This document shows, in pieces, positions 49,611-61,264 of a stretch of 64,000 nt of DNA. The notes beneath the pieces were generated by a model that was not told the DNA's origin, made no database searches, and saw only the letters and a list, made by a program, of their open reading frames with translations. The translations under genes and the position numbers were made by a program. The stretch comes from an uncultured delta proteobacterium. GTDB taxonomy: Bacteria > Desulfobacterota > Binatia > UBA9968. The DNA is taken from positions 1 through 64,000 of the forward strand of contig CAVXEP010000025.1 of the NCBI GenBank assembly GCA_963760795.1. Reading direction: 5' to 3'. How positions within the stretch are numbered: position 1 is the first letter of the stretch; each line of letters opens with the position of its first letter.

Positions 49611-52600
49611 CTAAACATCGTATTTTAACACCGAAAACGTGGCCGGTTGCGTTCCGCCTTTGGCAGGTAATCCGGCATTGGTGGTTTTGTCTGGGTTGCC
49701 AGTTGCGACTGTCAAACTTCCTGTTGTTCCCGTGGACGTATCGATCGTCCCACCCGAACTGGTTGACGCGTTGGCTGGTTTGCTCATATCGAAGACCCCC
49801 GAGGCCGCCTGATTGTCCGTGAGCCGCCCAGTACCGTTTTTGACTTCGAACACATGGATAGTGACACCGTCGGGTCCGGTTGTCACGAAGTCGGCCCGAA
49901 CGCGCTGGCCGTTGACCACCATCGTCACCTCTTCGGCCATGATGGTGTGATTGTTAGCAATCAAGTCGGCTTCCGCAGCATCACGCCCGCGTTGACCGCT
50001 GTCATGCGATGCACACAATCCCAACGGATCCAACCAGTTGATCGGATTGGTGCCGTATGCGTAGAAATTGCCGCCCCCCAGCAAACCGCGTGGATCCTGT
50101 GAGATGTAGCGCCCGCTGTCGGGCGAATAATACCTGAACTTGTTGTAGTGCAGGCCGGATTCTTCATCGCGCCATTGGCCTTGAAATCCAATTGGGCACT
50201 CCACTTGGCTTCCGGGCGCTACAAACTCAGCGTCGACTTTCCCCCAGGCCGTGTACGAACGGCTTAGTGCCACGCGGCCATAGTCATTGATCAACTCTCG
50301 CGGCGTGCCCAATTGGTCATGAACGACGCTGAAGCTTCTGCCGTACTGCACTGTCAGCAGCGGTGCGAAGCTCGCGTCGCCGTAGACCCACGCCGAACGC
50401 GACTTGCCCGTCGCATCGGCCTCGTGAATTAGGCGCTCCTTATCCCACAGATAGATGCGCTTCTGCTTTACTAGGCCATTGACCAGCTCCTTGGCGACCC
50501 GGCGTGCCAGGGCATCGTAGCGATAGTGCCAGGTGCGGTCATCTGGATCGGTCACCCACTTCAGGCGATCCAGAGCATTCCACCCAAAGGTCCAGACCCG
50601 CGGGTGTTCTGAGCGTGACCGCTCGATCTTCCTAACCAGCCGTCCTTCAGCATCATATTCGAACCGGGTATCGCCCTGTTCGACCAATCGGTCGCCGTAC
50701 TCATGAAACCTAGCTTCGTCTAGAAAGTGTTGTCCTTCCGAGCGCGAGCGGGTGATGTTGCCAGTGCTGTCGTACTCGAAGCTTTCACTGCTTCCGCGAG
50801 ATTTCATGGTCTGGATCAAGCGTTCAGCAGGGTCGTAGATATAGTCCACCCTACCCCAACGTGCATCATCCAGGCTGCTCAGATTTCCGGCAGCATCGTA
50901 GTCGTAGCGTCGATGGAGCAGTTCGTTACCGCGCGATCCGAGTCGGCTCAGTTGCTGGTCAATCAGTCTGCCTACGCTGTCATAGCGCTGTTCAAGTCGC
51001 ACCCCACCAGGCAAAAGCCTGGCGATTTCTGCCCCATGAGCGTTGCGTTCGATGTGGTGGGATTGGCCACCAGTGGATATGCCAATGACAGCGCCGTTTG
51101 CATCGTTGGTGTAGTCAGTCAGCAACCCGAGGCTGGTGACGGTTTGCACTAGGTGACCTACGGCGTCGTAGCGGCTTTGGACCCAATGGTCTCCCTGCAT
51201 GTCGCGTAGGATACGACCCGATGCATCGCGCTCGAACCGAACTGCGATGTCAGCAGTTGTGGCTTGTTCCAGCTGGCCAAGTGCGTTGAACTGGAAGCGC
51301 ACGAATTCCCCGTCAGGCAGAATTTGGGCCACAATACGCTGTAGCGGGTCGCGCTCTAGCGCCACGGTTTCTCCGTTCGCATTCAAGAACCTGGTAACAC
51401 GATCTTCACCGTTGTATTGAAACTGGCGTTCAGCGCCATCGAAGGCCAGCTCGCGGACGACCTGCCCGCCATCGTTGTAGAAGAACCGGTACCGCTCGCC
51501 TTTGTGATTGATCACTTCATCGAGGCGCCCCGATTCACTACCCCAGACATAGCGCACGCTGTGGCTAGCAGGGTCCATGCGCTCCAACAAGCGGCTGCAA
51601 GGACCGTAGCGCCAACGGATGGCGTGGCCGCTCGGATCAACATATTGAGTTAGGTTGCCGGCGTGGTCATAAGCTGCGCTAATCACCGAACCATCGGGAT
51701 GCGTAATCTGGATCGGCCGCCCGAGCGGGTCGTAGCGGATCCGCGTGACGTCGGCCATAGCACCACGGCGCTCCACCACGCGGCCGAAAGCGTCGAACAC
51801 GAAGTCTCGACGGTGTCCGTTCCAATCGGTGATGGAACGCAAGATGCCGCGGTCAAATATCTGAGTCTTGCGAGCACCCAATGGGTTGGTGAGTTCGCGC
51901 ACATTGCCTTCGTCGTCATAGGCAAAATGCCAACGATTGCCTATCGGATCTACTGAAGCGATCAGCCGATTTGCGGCGTCATAGTGACGCTGCCAAAGCT
52001 GATCTGCGGCATCGGTGAGGGTGTGCGGCAGATGCTGCGAAGTAAAGGTCTGACGCGTAGCCTGTCCCAACGCGTTGACGACAAGCGCGCGGTTGCCCTG
52101 ATCGTCATACTGGTATCGGGTCGTTGCACCAGTGCTGTCGATCTTGGCGCTGATCCGCCCAAAAGCGTCGTACTCAGTACTGTGTAGCGCACCCAAGGCG
52201 CTCCACTCATTGACGACCTGTCCACTAGATAAGTACTGGAAACGCGACGTTGCCCCATAGCTGTTGGTGACTTCCGTGATACGCGCGGCGTCCAGATATT
52301 TCAGTCGCTTTTTGTCGTAGTTGTCTAGTCCTGTGCGCTGAACGCAACGGCCCTTGTGGTCGTAGCGGTAGAGAAACACGGCTCCGTCCTTGAAGACCTC
52401 GCGCGCCAACCGGTGCTTGTCGTCGTACTCGTAGCGATCGGCGAATCCGGCAGCGTCACGGCTCGCGGCAAGCCGGCCAACGCCGTCGTATTCGTAGGAT
52501 GCCACGTCATAGCGCTCGCCGCCGGCTGCCAATAGGGTCAAGCCGTCGATCAGGCCAACTCGGTTGTAACTGAGATCCAGTTGGCGTCCCTCCAGTCGCT

Positions 52601-53069
52601 GACGCACGCTTTCCAGCCGTCCAGCTTCGTCCCAGACTAGATCAAGCCCCTGGCCGCTCACGTTCTCCAGGCTGACGAGGCGCAGCGGAACGCCTTGCTG
52701 ACCAGGCACGAAGATGTAACGCCACACCTCGCCGCTCTCAACATTCCATGTTTGGACGACATAGCGCCCTTCGTACATGAAGATTTCGAAGAAGGCACTC
52801 AGATGCCTGATAAGGCCGCCTCCTTCCACGCTCGCGGTGGGATCGGCCACCAACTCCATGGCGCCAGTAGGAGTGACGAACTGAAACCCTTCGGGAAAGC
52901 GTGTCAGCGTAGTCGCGTAGCGATGCGTCCATCCTCTTCCCAGAGCCTCCGGCGGGTTCTGGATAGCTATTCCACTGTAGCGACGACTCCAGACCAGCGG
53001 CACCTTGCCTGGAATGGCCAAATCCTCGAACTCGGCAAAGACATTGCCGGAAGCAATATCAATGGGCAT
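49611..53069 (-). CDS. Rhs protein (DUF6531 N-term, YD repeats, PD-(D/E)xK-type C-terminal toxin)
   Basis: PIDIASG..LGRGW; YD repeats; FQGQWRDEESGLHYNKFRYY..DPRGL..NPINWLDPLGL; tip E..RADFV..FEVK..LTDNQ. Confidence 0.92.
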   Translation of the reverse strand: MPIDIASGNVFAEFEDLAIPGKVPLVWSRRYSGIAIQNPPEALGRGWTHRYATTLTRFPEGFQFVTPTGAMELVADPTASVEGGGLIRHLSAFFEIFMYEGRYVVQTWNVESGEVWRYIFVPGQQGVPLRLVSLENVSGQGLDLVWDEAGRLESVRQRLEGRQLDLSYNRVGLIDGLTLLAAGGERYDVASYEYDGVGRLAASRDAAGFADRYEYDDKHRLAREVFKDGAVFLYRYDHKGRCVQRTGLDNYDKKRLKYLDAARITEVTNSYGATSRFQYLSSGQVVNEWSALGALHSTEYDAFGRISAKIDSTGATTRYQYDDQGNRALVVNALGQATRQTFTSQHLPHTLTDAADQLWQRHYDAANRLIASVDPIGNRWHFAYDDEGNVRELTNPLGARKTQIFDRGILRSITDWNGHRRDFVFDAFGRVVERRGAMADVTRIRYDPLGRPIQITHPDGSVISAAYDHAGNLTQYVDPSGHAIRWRYGPCSRLLERMDPASHSVRYVWGSESGRLDEVINHKGERYRFFYNDGGQVVRELAFDGAERQFQYNGEDRVTRFLNANGETVALERDPLQRIVAQILPDGEFVRFQFNALGQLEQATTADIAVRFERDASGRILRDMQGDHWVQSRYDAVGHLVQTVTSLGLLTDYTNDANGAVIGISTGGQSHHIERNAHGAEIARLLPGGVRLEQRYDSVGRLIDQQLSRLGSRGNELLHRRYDYDAAGNLSSLDDARWGRVDYIYDPAERLIQTMKSRGSSESFEYDSTGNITRSRSEGQHFLDEARFHEYGDRLVEQGDTRFEYDAEGRLVRKIERSRSEHPRVWTFGWNALDRLKWVTDPDDRTWHYRYDALARRVAKELVNGLVKQKRIYLWDKERLIHEADATGKSRSAWVYGDASFAPLLTVQYGRSFSVVHDQLGTPRELINDYGRVALSRSYTAWGKVDAEFVAPGSQVECPIGFQGQWRDEESGLHYNKFRYYSPDSGRYISQDPRGLLGGGNFYAYGTNPINWLDPLGLCASHDSGQRGRDAAEADLIANNHTIMAEEVTMVVNGQRVRADFVTTGPDGVTIHVFEVKNGTGRLTDNQAASGVFDMSKPANASTSSGGTIDTSTGTTGSLTVATGNPDKTTNAGLPAKGGTQPATFSVLKYDV

Positions 53070-53076
53070 GGGTCAA

Positions 53077-53880
53077 TTACTTTGGTTCGCAACCGCAACT
53101 TTCCTCGCCTTGGCGACTCCCGCGCTGTCCCAGCCGGTCCACGCCCGCGGACACCCCCGCGCTCACCGCCCCCTGCGCTGCATTCACCGCAAGCGCCCGC
53201 ACCATGTCCGCGATACTCACACCCACCATCACGTTGCTGAAACCAATCGTCGCCGCATTGGGCACAATGATAAGGTCGGTGCAGGATGTCGCCATCAGAG
53301 GCGCAACAAACGCAAGCGGGCCACCATTAACGGTCACGTTGGGACTGCCGATCGCGGCGGAACCTTGACTGCCCGGATACGGTATCGGAGGCATGAGTAA
53401 TTTAATCCATGTCGACCATTGTGTGTACGCGCCGAAGCTACTCTTCACCGTGTCCCATACGCCACTCCAACTTGACGTATCCACCCCCGTCACGTCCTTA
53501 ACAAATTTTCCAGCTGCAGAGTCTGGTTTCACAAATATCGCCGAGATTCGGGAGATCGCCAGATTTGCCAATAGCGTCAGAGCAACTAGCATGAGCTGTT
53601 TCGGTATGTTCAGCAAATAGCGCCGCCAGTACATCATATTGAGCATCGACGGAGGTGCGGGCGCTCCCTGTGGAATATGGACGGAGTAACCCATGCAACC
53701 TGCCGCGCCTGCCGGCATGCCGTTTATGAGCGTATCGATCTTGGCGAACGCAGGCGTCATCCATAAAAAGATGCAGCCAAAGTACGGATGGGGCAGCATC
53801 GGCACGGGCACCACTATAATCACCATGTGAAAATCGATGCCGATCACCATATCCGTCATTTTCACAGCGGGCCAAAGCAT
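53077..53880 (-). CDS. PAAR-like spike protein (Rhs-type N-terminal module)
   Basis: GIDFH..PHPY, INGMPA, GSPNVTVNGGPLA, SNVMVG. Confidence 0.75.
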   Translation of the reverse strand: MLWPAVKMTDMVIGIDFHMVIIVVPVPMLPHPYFGCIFLWMTPAFAKIDTLINGMPAGAAGCMGYSVHIPQGAPAPPSMLNMMYWRRYLLNIPKQLMLVALTLLANLAISRISAIFVKPDSAAGKFVKDVTGVDTSSWSGVWDTVKSSFGAYTQWSTWIKLLMPPIPYPGSQGSAAIGSPNVTVNGGPLAFVAPLMATSCTDLIIVPNAATIGFSNVMVGVSIADMVRALAVNAAQGAVSAGVSAGVDRLGQRGSRQGEESCGCEPK

Positions 53881-53893
53881 ATTATTCCTCTTC

Positions 53894-54271
53894 CTATTTC
53901 GCGATCTCTACTACTTCGAGTCTTCCCGTAATTCTGGTGCGGCGAATCTTTACTTGCACGGTGTCGTTAGCCGATAGTGATTCGAATTGTTGCTTCGATA
54001 CCAGCGCCGCCGTGGGTTCACCAACGACGGTGAGCATAACCACATAGGTTTCGGGCCTCTCTTGCGATTGAACCCAGCTTCTACCGCCGGCTATTGTCGT
54101 GTGATAACTTGTTCCGCTCTCGTTAAATTGCTTTCCCGTCACCCTTCCAACCGCGCTCCGCACCTCAAGTCCTGTTCGGTCTATGGCGCCATAGATGAAA
54201 TATAAGAGCACAGCGCCGATGGCGACCAAGGAGAATAAATAGATAAATGGGTTTGCACTGAACGGTGTCAT
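53894..54271 (-). CDS. Small membrane-anchored protein (DUF2500-like)
   Basis: N-terminal TM, GRVTGK, V-S..F..L..D-V pattern. Confidence 0.6.
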   Translation of the reverse strand: MTPFSANPFIYLFSLVAIGAVLLYFIYGAIDRTGLEVRSAVGRVTGKQFNESGTSYHTTIAGGRSWVQSQERPETYVVMLTVVGEPTAALVSKQQFESLSANDTVQVKIRRTRITGRLEVVEIAK

Positions 54272-54290
54272 CGCCGACTTAAGCTTTTCC

Positions 54291-55415
54291 TCAAGTCACA
54301 GAAACTTCCATCTTGCGCATCTGAGGCAGCCAATCTGGTCCGGGATAAGGGATCGCACCGCGCCAGACGAGATCGATCTGACGGTCTTCCATCCGTATCA
54401 TTACCGTGTGCATCACCACTTCCGGTTCTTGTGCTCCGGAGCCGATGTCTAACCCTACGCGGGGCATGTCGTAAGGTAATCTAAACGACAAGGCTCCTTC
54501 TGGACTTAGATTTTCCGTGGCAACCTGTTCTCCCCCCTTGAGATATGGGAAAATAAGCCCAGCTGAGGCGCCGTTGAAGAAGCGAAAGTCCATATCCGGA
54601 AGACCATGCTTCAGGTAGGCCTCGCGCTGGCCGGCTGGGACCAGCTTTGCGTACGCCTGCCGCAGTTCTTGTTCTGTCGCGCGATCCGCGGGCAAGATTC
54701 CCGCGAGTTGCGCGCGCGGCAGCCAGGTCTTTGGGAACCAGCCGAGCCCCGCGGGAAAAGGCTGCTGTTCCCATCTTTTGTAGTCTCCAAGGCAAAGTTG
54801 CTCAGGGGTAAGCCGTGCGGTTGGGTTCTCCAAATTTGGCAGGGCAAGATTATTCAGACACCTTTCGGAGTTAGTCATAACAAAGCCGCGTCCCATTGGG
54901 TTCCGGGGATACGGATAGGACGCCACTTTGTCCGAGTAGACATCGATGCCGCCATAGGCAAGTTCGTAGCGTAGCTCCATGCTCAGGAAAGGCGAGGGCT
55001 CGGTAAATCTAGGCGGGCCGTTTTTGACAAAGCGTGCGACCCGGTCACCGATCACCAACACCTGCTTGCGCCGATTCTCCACTTGCAATGCGACCATGCA
55101 CAAATTCGTCGGTGTGCCTCGCGGCGCATACGCCTTGCCATTCAACACCACGTCCGTCGCAAGTTTAAACGGGATAAAGTCGCTCTCGTATCGAACTGAG
55201 GAATTCATTGGATCGTCCCACGGCACGTCCCCAGGGTTTAACGCTTTGTCCGCTGCGGTGCGGCTGCACACTCCGTTGGGCACGATGTCGTAAGTGCGCT
55301 TGAGCAGAACGCTCAGAACATATTTTCCTTCCGGCGTTTGGCCCGGCAGTACAACCGTGACACCACGCGCTTCGGTCGCATCGGTCACGGTCTCAGCGGC
55401 AGCGGACATACTCAT
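54291..55415 (-). CDS. DUF2169 T6SS adaptor, copy 1
   Basis: KRTY, YESDFIPFK, GKAYAP, YELAYGG, NPMGRG, LPNLE, FFNGA, LVWRG. Confidence 0.85.
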   Translation of the reverse strand: MSMSAAAETVTDATEARGVTVVLPGQTPEGKYVLSVLLKRTYDIVPNGVCSRTAADKALNPGDVPWDDPMNSSVRYESDFIPFKLATDVVLNGKAYAPRGTPTNLCMVALQVENRRKQVLVIGDRVARFVKNGPPRFTEPSPFLSMELRYELAYGGIDVYSDKVASYPYPRNPMGRGFVMTNSERCLNNLALPNLENPTARLTPEQLCLGDYKRWEQQPFPAGLGWFPKTWLPRAQLAGILPADRATEQELRQAYAKLVPAGQREAYLKHGLPDMDFRFFNGASAGLIFPYLKGGEQVATENLSPEGALSFRLPYDMPRVGLDIGSGAQEPEVVMHTVMIRMEDRQIDLVWRGAIPYPGPDWLPQMRKMEVSVT

Positions 55416-55417
55416 CT

Positions 55418-56513
55418 TCAGCTTATTTCAGCGTTTAGCCTTTTCATTTGCGGCAACCATGAGTAGCCTTCATAGACGCAACCGCCGCGCCAGATCATGT
55501 CCATTTCTAAGTCGTCCGGCCGTATACTGATAGTGTCCAGCTTGGCTGAGAGCTGCTGGACACCCAAGCCAATGTCCAGCGTAATGTTCGGAGTCTCGCC
55601 GGGCAGAAGAAAATCCAAAAGTACTTCGGGCGATAATCCGCGAAGAGTCACCTTCTCATCGCCCTTGATGTCACCAAACAACATCCCGTACGACGCGCCA
55701 TTATTTAGGAGCGGATGATAGCTCGGCAACTTGAACTGTTTCGCAAGCGCAATATGGTTCTTGGGCACCAAGCCCAAGCGCTCTTCTGTAGTTACCGTAT
55801 CCACATCGACAAACGCTGGATAAGAGCCTGCATACGCAGCAACGCGGATACCAGGTGCGCTGGAACCAGCCAAATCCTTGCGGCAAAGGCTGCTCTGGCC
55901 ACCTTGCAGGTTCGCCAAGGACGATCCGTTCCGGGGTCAAGAGATCATTGGGATCTTCAAGGTTTGGTAACGCCAGACCTTGGACCGTCTCTTTGACATT
56001 GCGCAACGCGACACCTTTTCCCATGTAGTTGCGTGGATAGAAGAACGGAATGTTCGGATCACTCGTCTCATCGCGGCCGCCGTAAGCGCGATCGTAGCGA
56101 ATCTCCATTTCGGTGAACGGCTTCGGTTCGGAAAATTTGGGTGCTATGTTCGCTCGATATTGGCAGTCGCGGTCGCCGAACACGGTGATTGATTTTTCGC
56201 GCTCCGCAACACGGACAGTGACAGTCATTTTAGTTGTCGGTACACCACCTGGTGCATACGCCTTCCCGATGATGACGATATCCACCAGAGGTTTGAAAGG
56301 GGCCAGCTCATATTCGTACTGGACTGTGGACCACTCAGGATCACCATCGTCGTAGTAAGCATCAGTTTTTCGCAGCTCGTGATCATTCGCACATCGTTCT
56401 ACAACGCTTCCAGGCTTGATCGTATAAGTACGCTTTACGATCACTGAGAATATGTGCTCCCCTCGATCATTCTTGCCCGGCACAATCTCAAAAGCCCCGT
56501 TTGCACTAGCCAT
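55418..56513 (-). CDS. DUF2169 T6SS adaptor, copy 2 (frameshift near 55840)
   Basis: KRTY, ELAPFKP, GKAYAP, YDRAYGG, LPNLED; C-term LDTISI..MIWRG in ORF 55418..55918. Confidence 0.85.
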
Positions 56514-56539
56514 AAACTTTGCTCGTCGCGCTGCTTCTC

Positions 56540-58562
56540 TCAGGGATTAAGCATGACCATGCCACCTTTGACCGTGTTCGTTGCAGAGCCCTCAGATATT
56601 ACGATCGCGCCTTTTGTCTGGTGCTCCGCGGTGGCCTCCGAGTGAACAATTTGGCCCTTGATCGTAACGGTATTGGATGCACGGAGGGTGATATTCACGC
56701 CCTCAATCGAGATATCCCCATTGCTTTCCATGCGTAATTTGCTGGCGCCCACCCACAGTTCGATGTGGGTCGCCGCCCAGGAATGAATATGCGCGGTTTG
56801 AGACGTAATATCGATCTCCTTTTTAACCGTATTCGTCTCTTTCCCTTCGGTAACAAGGATCGTCGTATCTTTTTTGATCGTCTCGTGATGAGTCCCATCG
56901 ACCATGATGGTCCGGTTGTTATGAATCGTTTGCGAGTCATCATGCTCAATAGTTGTAGCCATGTCGTACTGACCGTGAATCGTGATCTTTTCCTTGCCGA
57001 CCGTATCGTCCATCGACATCTCGTTGTAGCCCTTGCCCTTGTGGGTGTTGGTCTTTCGCCCGCTGACGACCTTTGCCGCCGGAAGGGCACTCGCCGGCAT
57101 TTGTTCTGCGTTGTAGACACTGCCGATAACAATCGGTTGGTCGGGATCGCCCTCGAGAAAATCGACGATGACTTCCTGGTCGATCCGGGGAATGTTGATC
57201 ATGCCCCATTGCTTCCCCGCGGAAAGAGTCGAAACACGAATCCAACAGGAACTGTTTTCATCTTTCTTGCCTTCGCGGTCCCAGTGGAACTGCACTTTTA
57301 TCCGGCTGTATTTGTCGGTGAAAATCTCTTCTCCGGCAGGACCGACCACAACGGCAGTCTGGGTGCCCTGGACAAAGGGTTTGGGAGTTAGCCGTTCGGG
57401 CCGGTAGGGCACGGCAAAGGGGATGCAGGTAAAACGATTGTCATAGCTGAAATTCGTCGATTCGGTGTCGATAGCCACTCCCCTGCGTCGCCGTGTGGGT
57501 CACGCTGGTGAGCAGATACTGGCCGTCGGCGTTGAAGTGTCGTTCCAGCGAAAATTTGTGACCGGTCACGAAGCTGGCGACAATTGCTCATGCCCTGAAT
57601 AACGATGCCCGGGACGGTTTCCTGCTGCATGCGAATGTCTGTGGTGCGCCGGTTGTCCTCGAAAATCTTTTGTAAGTCGGCGGCGCGATCGCCTCCACCC
57701 CGGTCGACACCATCAAACCGCTGGGCGTATTCTCCGGGAAAGTCATAGATTTCGAGCTTGTCGTTGCCATTGACTTTGAGCTTGTGGTTCACCTGGCCGA
57801 CTTGTACGCTATCGACAATCTGCGCTTCTGCCTCGAGATGCTTGTGCGGCAACTCAAAACAATGATCCCAAAGCGTATATTTTCCCGAGCGCCACTCTTG
57901 GGTCTTTTCCCACTCGTAAATGCGGTCTTCATCCCGTAGCCCACCACCCACTTCTTCATAGATAATTTTATTGCTGTGCGGCATATCGGAGTGGCTCATG
58001 GTCGTGTTGGCAACCACCATCTTGTGACCGTCGCGCCGTGTGCTTGAAGAAATAGTAGATGCCCTCTTCCTCCATCAATCGACTGGCAAAGTTGAAGTCG
58101 GTTTCGCGGTATTGCACGCAGAAATCCCGCGGATGGAAAGTTCCGTGGATCTCGATACGTGACGTCGAGGCCTTCAAGCACCTTTTTTAGAATATCGGGC
58201 ACCGACTTCTGTTGAAAAATCCGGCTCTGGGCCTTCTTCGTCAGCTTCCAAAGTTCGGGCACGATTTCGAGCCGGTAGTGGATAAAGACGTCGTCCCGTC
58301 CGCCTTGACTGAAACGGTTACAGATACCGCTGAAGAAACGCTGCTGTTGTCCCAGGTAAGTCCAGCCGGATGCCGAATCTTTTGGCCGAGCAGCTTATCG
58401 AACGCGACGTCCCGTTCTTTGTCTTTCTCAGCGACAAGATCGAGTTCGAAACTGTACAAACGGCGAAACCGCCTCGTGGCCGGTGAATCCCACCAACAAG
58501 AGAACGTCTTTCCCCAAAGGTGTGGTCACCCCCATGAGTCGGTTATCTTGGGTATAGGTCAT
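56540..58562 (-). CDS. vgrG: VgrG (TssI) spike protein, several frameshifts
   Basis: MTYTQDNR..TPLGKDVLL; FCVQYRETDFNFASRLMEEEGIYYFF; QTAVVVGPAGEEI..KVQFHWDR..SCWIRV..PRIDQEVIVDFLEGDPDQP. Confidence 0.9.
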
Positions 58563-58593
58563 TAGCTCAACTCCCTACTCGTAACCAACGTTC

Positions 58594-61264
58594 CTATGAG
58601 ATCTCGTAGCGGAACGCGCCGTTATCCCCGACGCTGACCTGAACCCTCGCGAAATTCCCTCGCCACGCGCCATCCGGCTCAAGAACTCGCGCGAAATCTC
58701 CGGTAACAGCGTACGCGTGAGAATATGGTCGACGTTGCGCGCTCCGCTTTCGACCTCGGTGCAGCGGTGCGCGACTTCTTCCACCAATGCCGGCGTCGAA
58801 GGAAAACAGCGCCCGATGATTTTCCATCAGCCGGGCCGCGAATGCGTCCGAGCTGCAGCTCGATGATCTTGCGCATGATATCGTCGGCGATCGGATAGTA
58901 GGGCACGATGATCGCGCGCCCGAGAAACGCCGGCTTAAAGACTTTCAGTAAATCGGGACGCAAAGCTTCCGCCATCGCGTCTGGCTCCGGCCGCGTATCA
59001 GGGTCGGCGGAGAGTTTCATGACCGTATCCGTGCCGACATTGGAGGTCATGATGATGAGCGTATTCTTGAAGTCGATTTCACGACCCTCAGCGTCCTCGA
59101 GCATGCCCTTGTCAAAGACCTGGTAGAAAAGCTCCATGACATCGGTATGCGCTTTCTCGATCTCATCGAGAAGCACGACGGAGTAGGGCTTGCGCCGTAC
59201 CGCCTCGGTGAGCACACCCCCCTCGCCATAGCCGACGTACCCTGGCGGCGAGCCTTTGAGCCCTGAGACTGTGTGGCCTTCTTGATATTCGGACATGTTG
59301 ATAACGACCAAATTTCGTTCGCCGCCGAAGAGCGTATCCGCGAGAGCTAGCGCAGTTTCGGTCTTGCCAACGCCGCTCGGGCCGACGAGCATGAAGACAC
59401 CGATGGGACGCCGGGGATCTTCCAACTTCGCCCGCGAGGTACGGATCCGTTGACTGATCGCTTCGAGGGCATGGGCTTGGCCGATGACCCGTTCTTCTAG
59501 CCGGTCTCTGAGCGCCAACACGGTCTGGATTTCATTTTTAACAACTTTCCCGACTGGGATCCCGGTCCAACCAGAAACCACTTCGGCCACAGTCTGGGCA
59601 TCCACACATACCTGCATGAGCGGAGTATCGCCCTGAATTTTGCTCAGCTCGTCGTTGAGGCGAGCAATTTCACCCTGCAGGCGCTTTACTTCGTCAGACG
59701 AAAGCCGACCTTCGGCTTTGGCGTCACCTGATTTAACCGTGGCCGCGTGGGCTTCAAGCTTCTCACGAATGACGCGTAACTGGGCGACGCGTTTCTTCTC
59801 TTCCTCCCAACGCTCCTCTAACGTGGCGAGCCGCGATTGCGCCTCACTTTTCGTTTTCGCTAGCCCTTCTAAACGCTCGGTAAAGATAGCCCCTATCAGA
59901 CTCTCGCGCTCCAGAATGGCGGATTCCGTTTCGATCCGTCTAATTTGCCGCTGGCAGTCCTCGATAGCCGGTGGGGTGGTCATCTGGCCCAATGCTACTC
60001 TCGCGCAGGCGGTATCGAGGACACTCACGGCTTTGTCCGGAAGTTGTCTGCCAGTGATGTACCGATGAGAAAAACGGACGGCAGCGTCCATAGCTTCATC
60101 CAAGACGCGCACGTTATGATGCGCTTCTAAAGTGCTTACTAAACCGCGCAACATTGCCACCGCCTGCTCTTCCGAGGGTTCGTCGACTTTCACAACCTGG
60201 AAGCGCCGAGTCAAAGCGGCGTCCTTTTCGAAATATTTTTTATACTCCGACCAGGTCGTGGCGGCGATAGTGCGCAGTTCACCACGCGCCAACGCTGGCT
60301 TCAAAATATTTGCCGCATCCCCTTGCCCCGCCTGGCCACCGGCGCCGATCATAGTGTGAGCCTCGTCAATAAAGAGAATAATCGGTTGCGGCGAAGCTTT
60401 GACTTCCTCGATAACCGATTTGAGGCGATTTTCGAATTCTCCTTTTACTCCGGCGCCCGCTTGCAGCAAAGTCAGGTCCAGGGTTTTCAGCGCGACGTTT
60501 ATTAACGTCTGCGGGACGTCTTTCTCCGCAATCCGTAAGGCCAGGCCTTCGACGACGGCTGTTTTACCAACGCCGGCCTCACCCGTAAGGATCGGATTAT
60601 TTTGACGGCGGCGGGTTAAGATATCGACCATTTGGCGGATTTCAAAATCCCGTCCTAGAACGGGATCGATCTGACCTTTGCGTGCTCGGTCCGTCAGGTC
60701 GATGGTAAATTGATCCAGGCCAGGGGTCTTTGTCGGCCCTCGGACACCAGCTTCTTTCGATTCAGCCGCCAGCGGGGATTCGTATTTATCTTCCACTGTT
60801 CCCGCGACCAAATCAGGCAAATTCTTGTGCAACTCCTCCACGGAGATCTTCTGGAACTCAGCCGACGCTTCCCGGGCAAGGCGGCTTAAGCTTTCCTCCG
60901 AGAGTAACGCCAATAAAAGATGCCCGGATCGAACCTTATTGGCGCCGTAATCAACCGAGGCCAAATTCCAAGCTTCCGTAATGATGCGCGGGATGTGCGG
61001 CGATAGCGCCGGGGTGCGCGCGTTACCAGTTTTCAAGCGATCTAAAGCCCGAGTCAAATCACGCGTAAGCCTCGTTTGGTCAACTCCGTATTGGTGCAGG
61101 ATACGCTGGATGTCCGTATCCTGCGATTCGGCAAGTTTCAGAAGAAAATGCTCGATATCGACGTCGTAATGGGTGCGCGCAAGGCAGAGACCAGCCGCCG
61201 CCTCCAATGCATTACGACCCGTGTCGTTGAGTTTGCCGATCAGGGATTTCAGGTTGAGGTTCAT
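58594..61264 (-). CDS. tssH: T6SS AAA+ ATPase ClpV (C-terminal frameshifts)
   Basis: LKSLIGKLN, LTRRRQNNPILTGEAGVGKT, GPSGVGKTETALALA, ESGARNVD. Confidence 0.93.
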
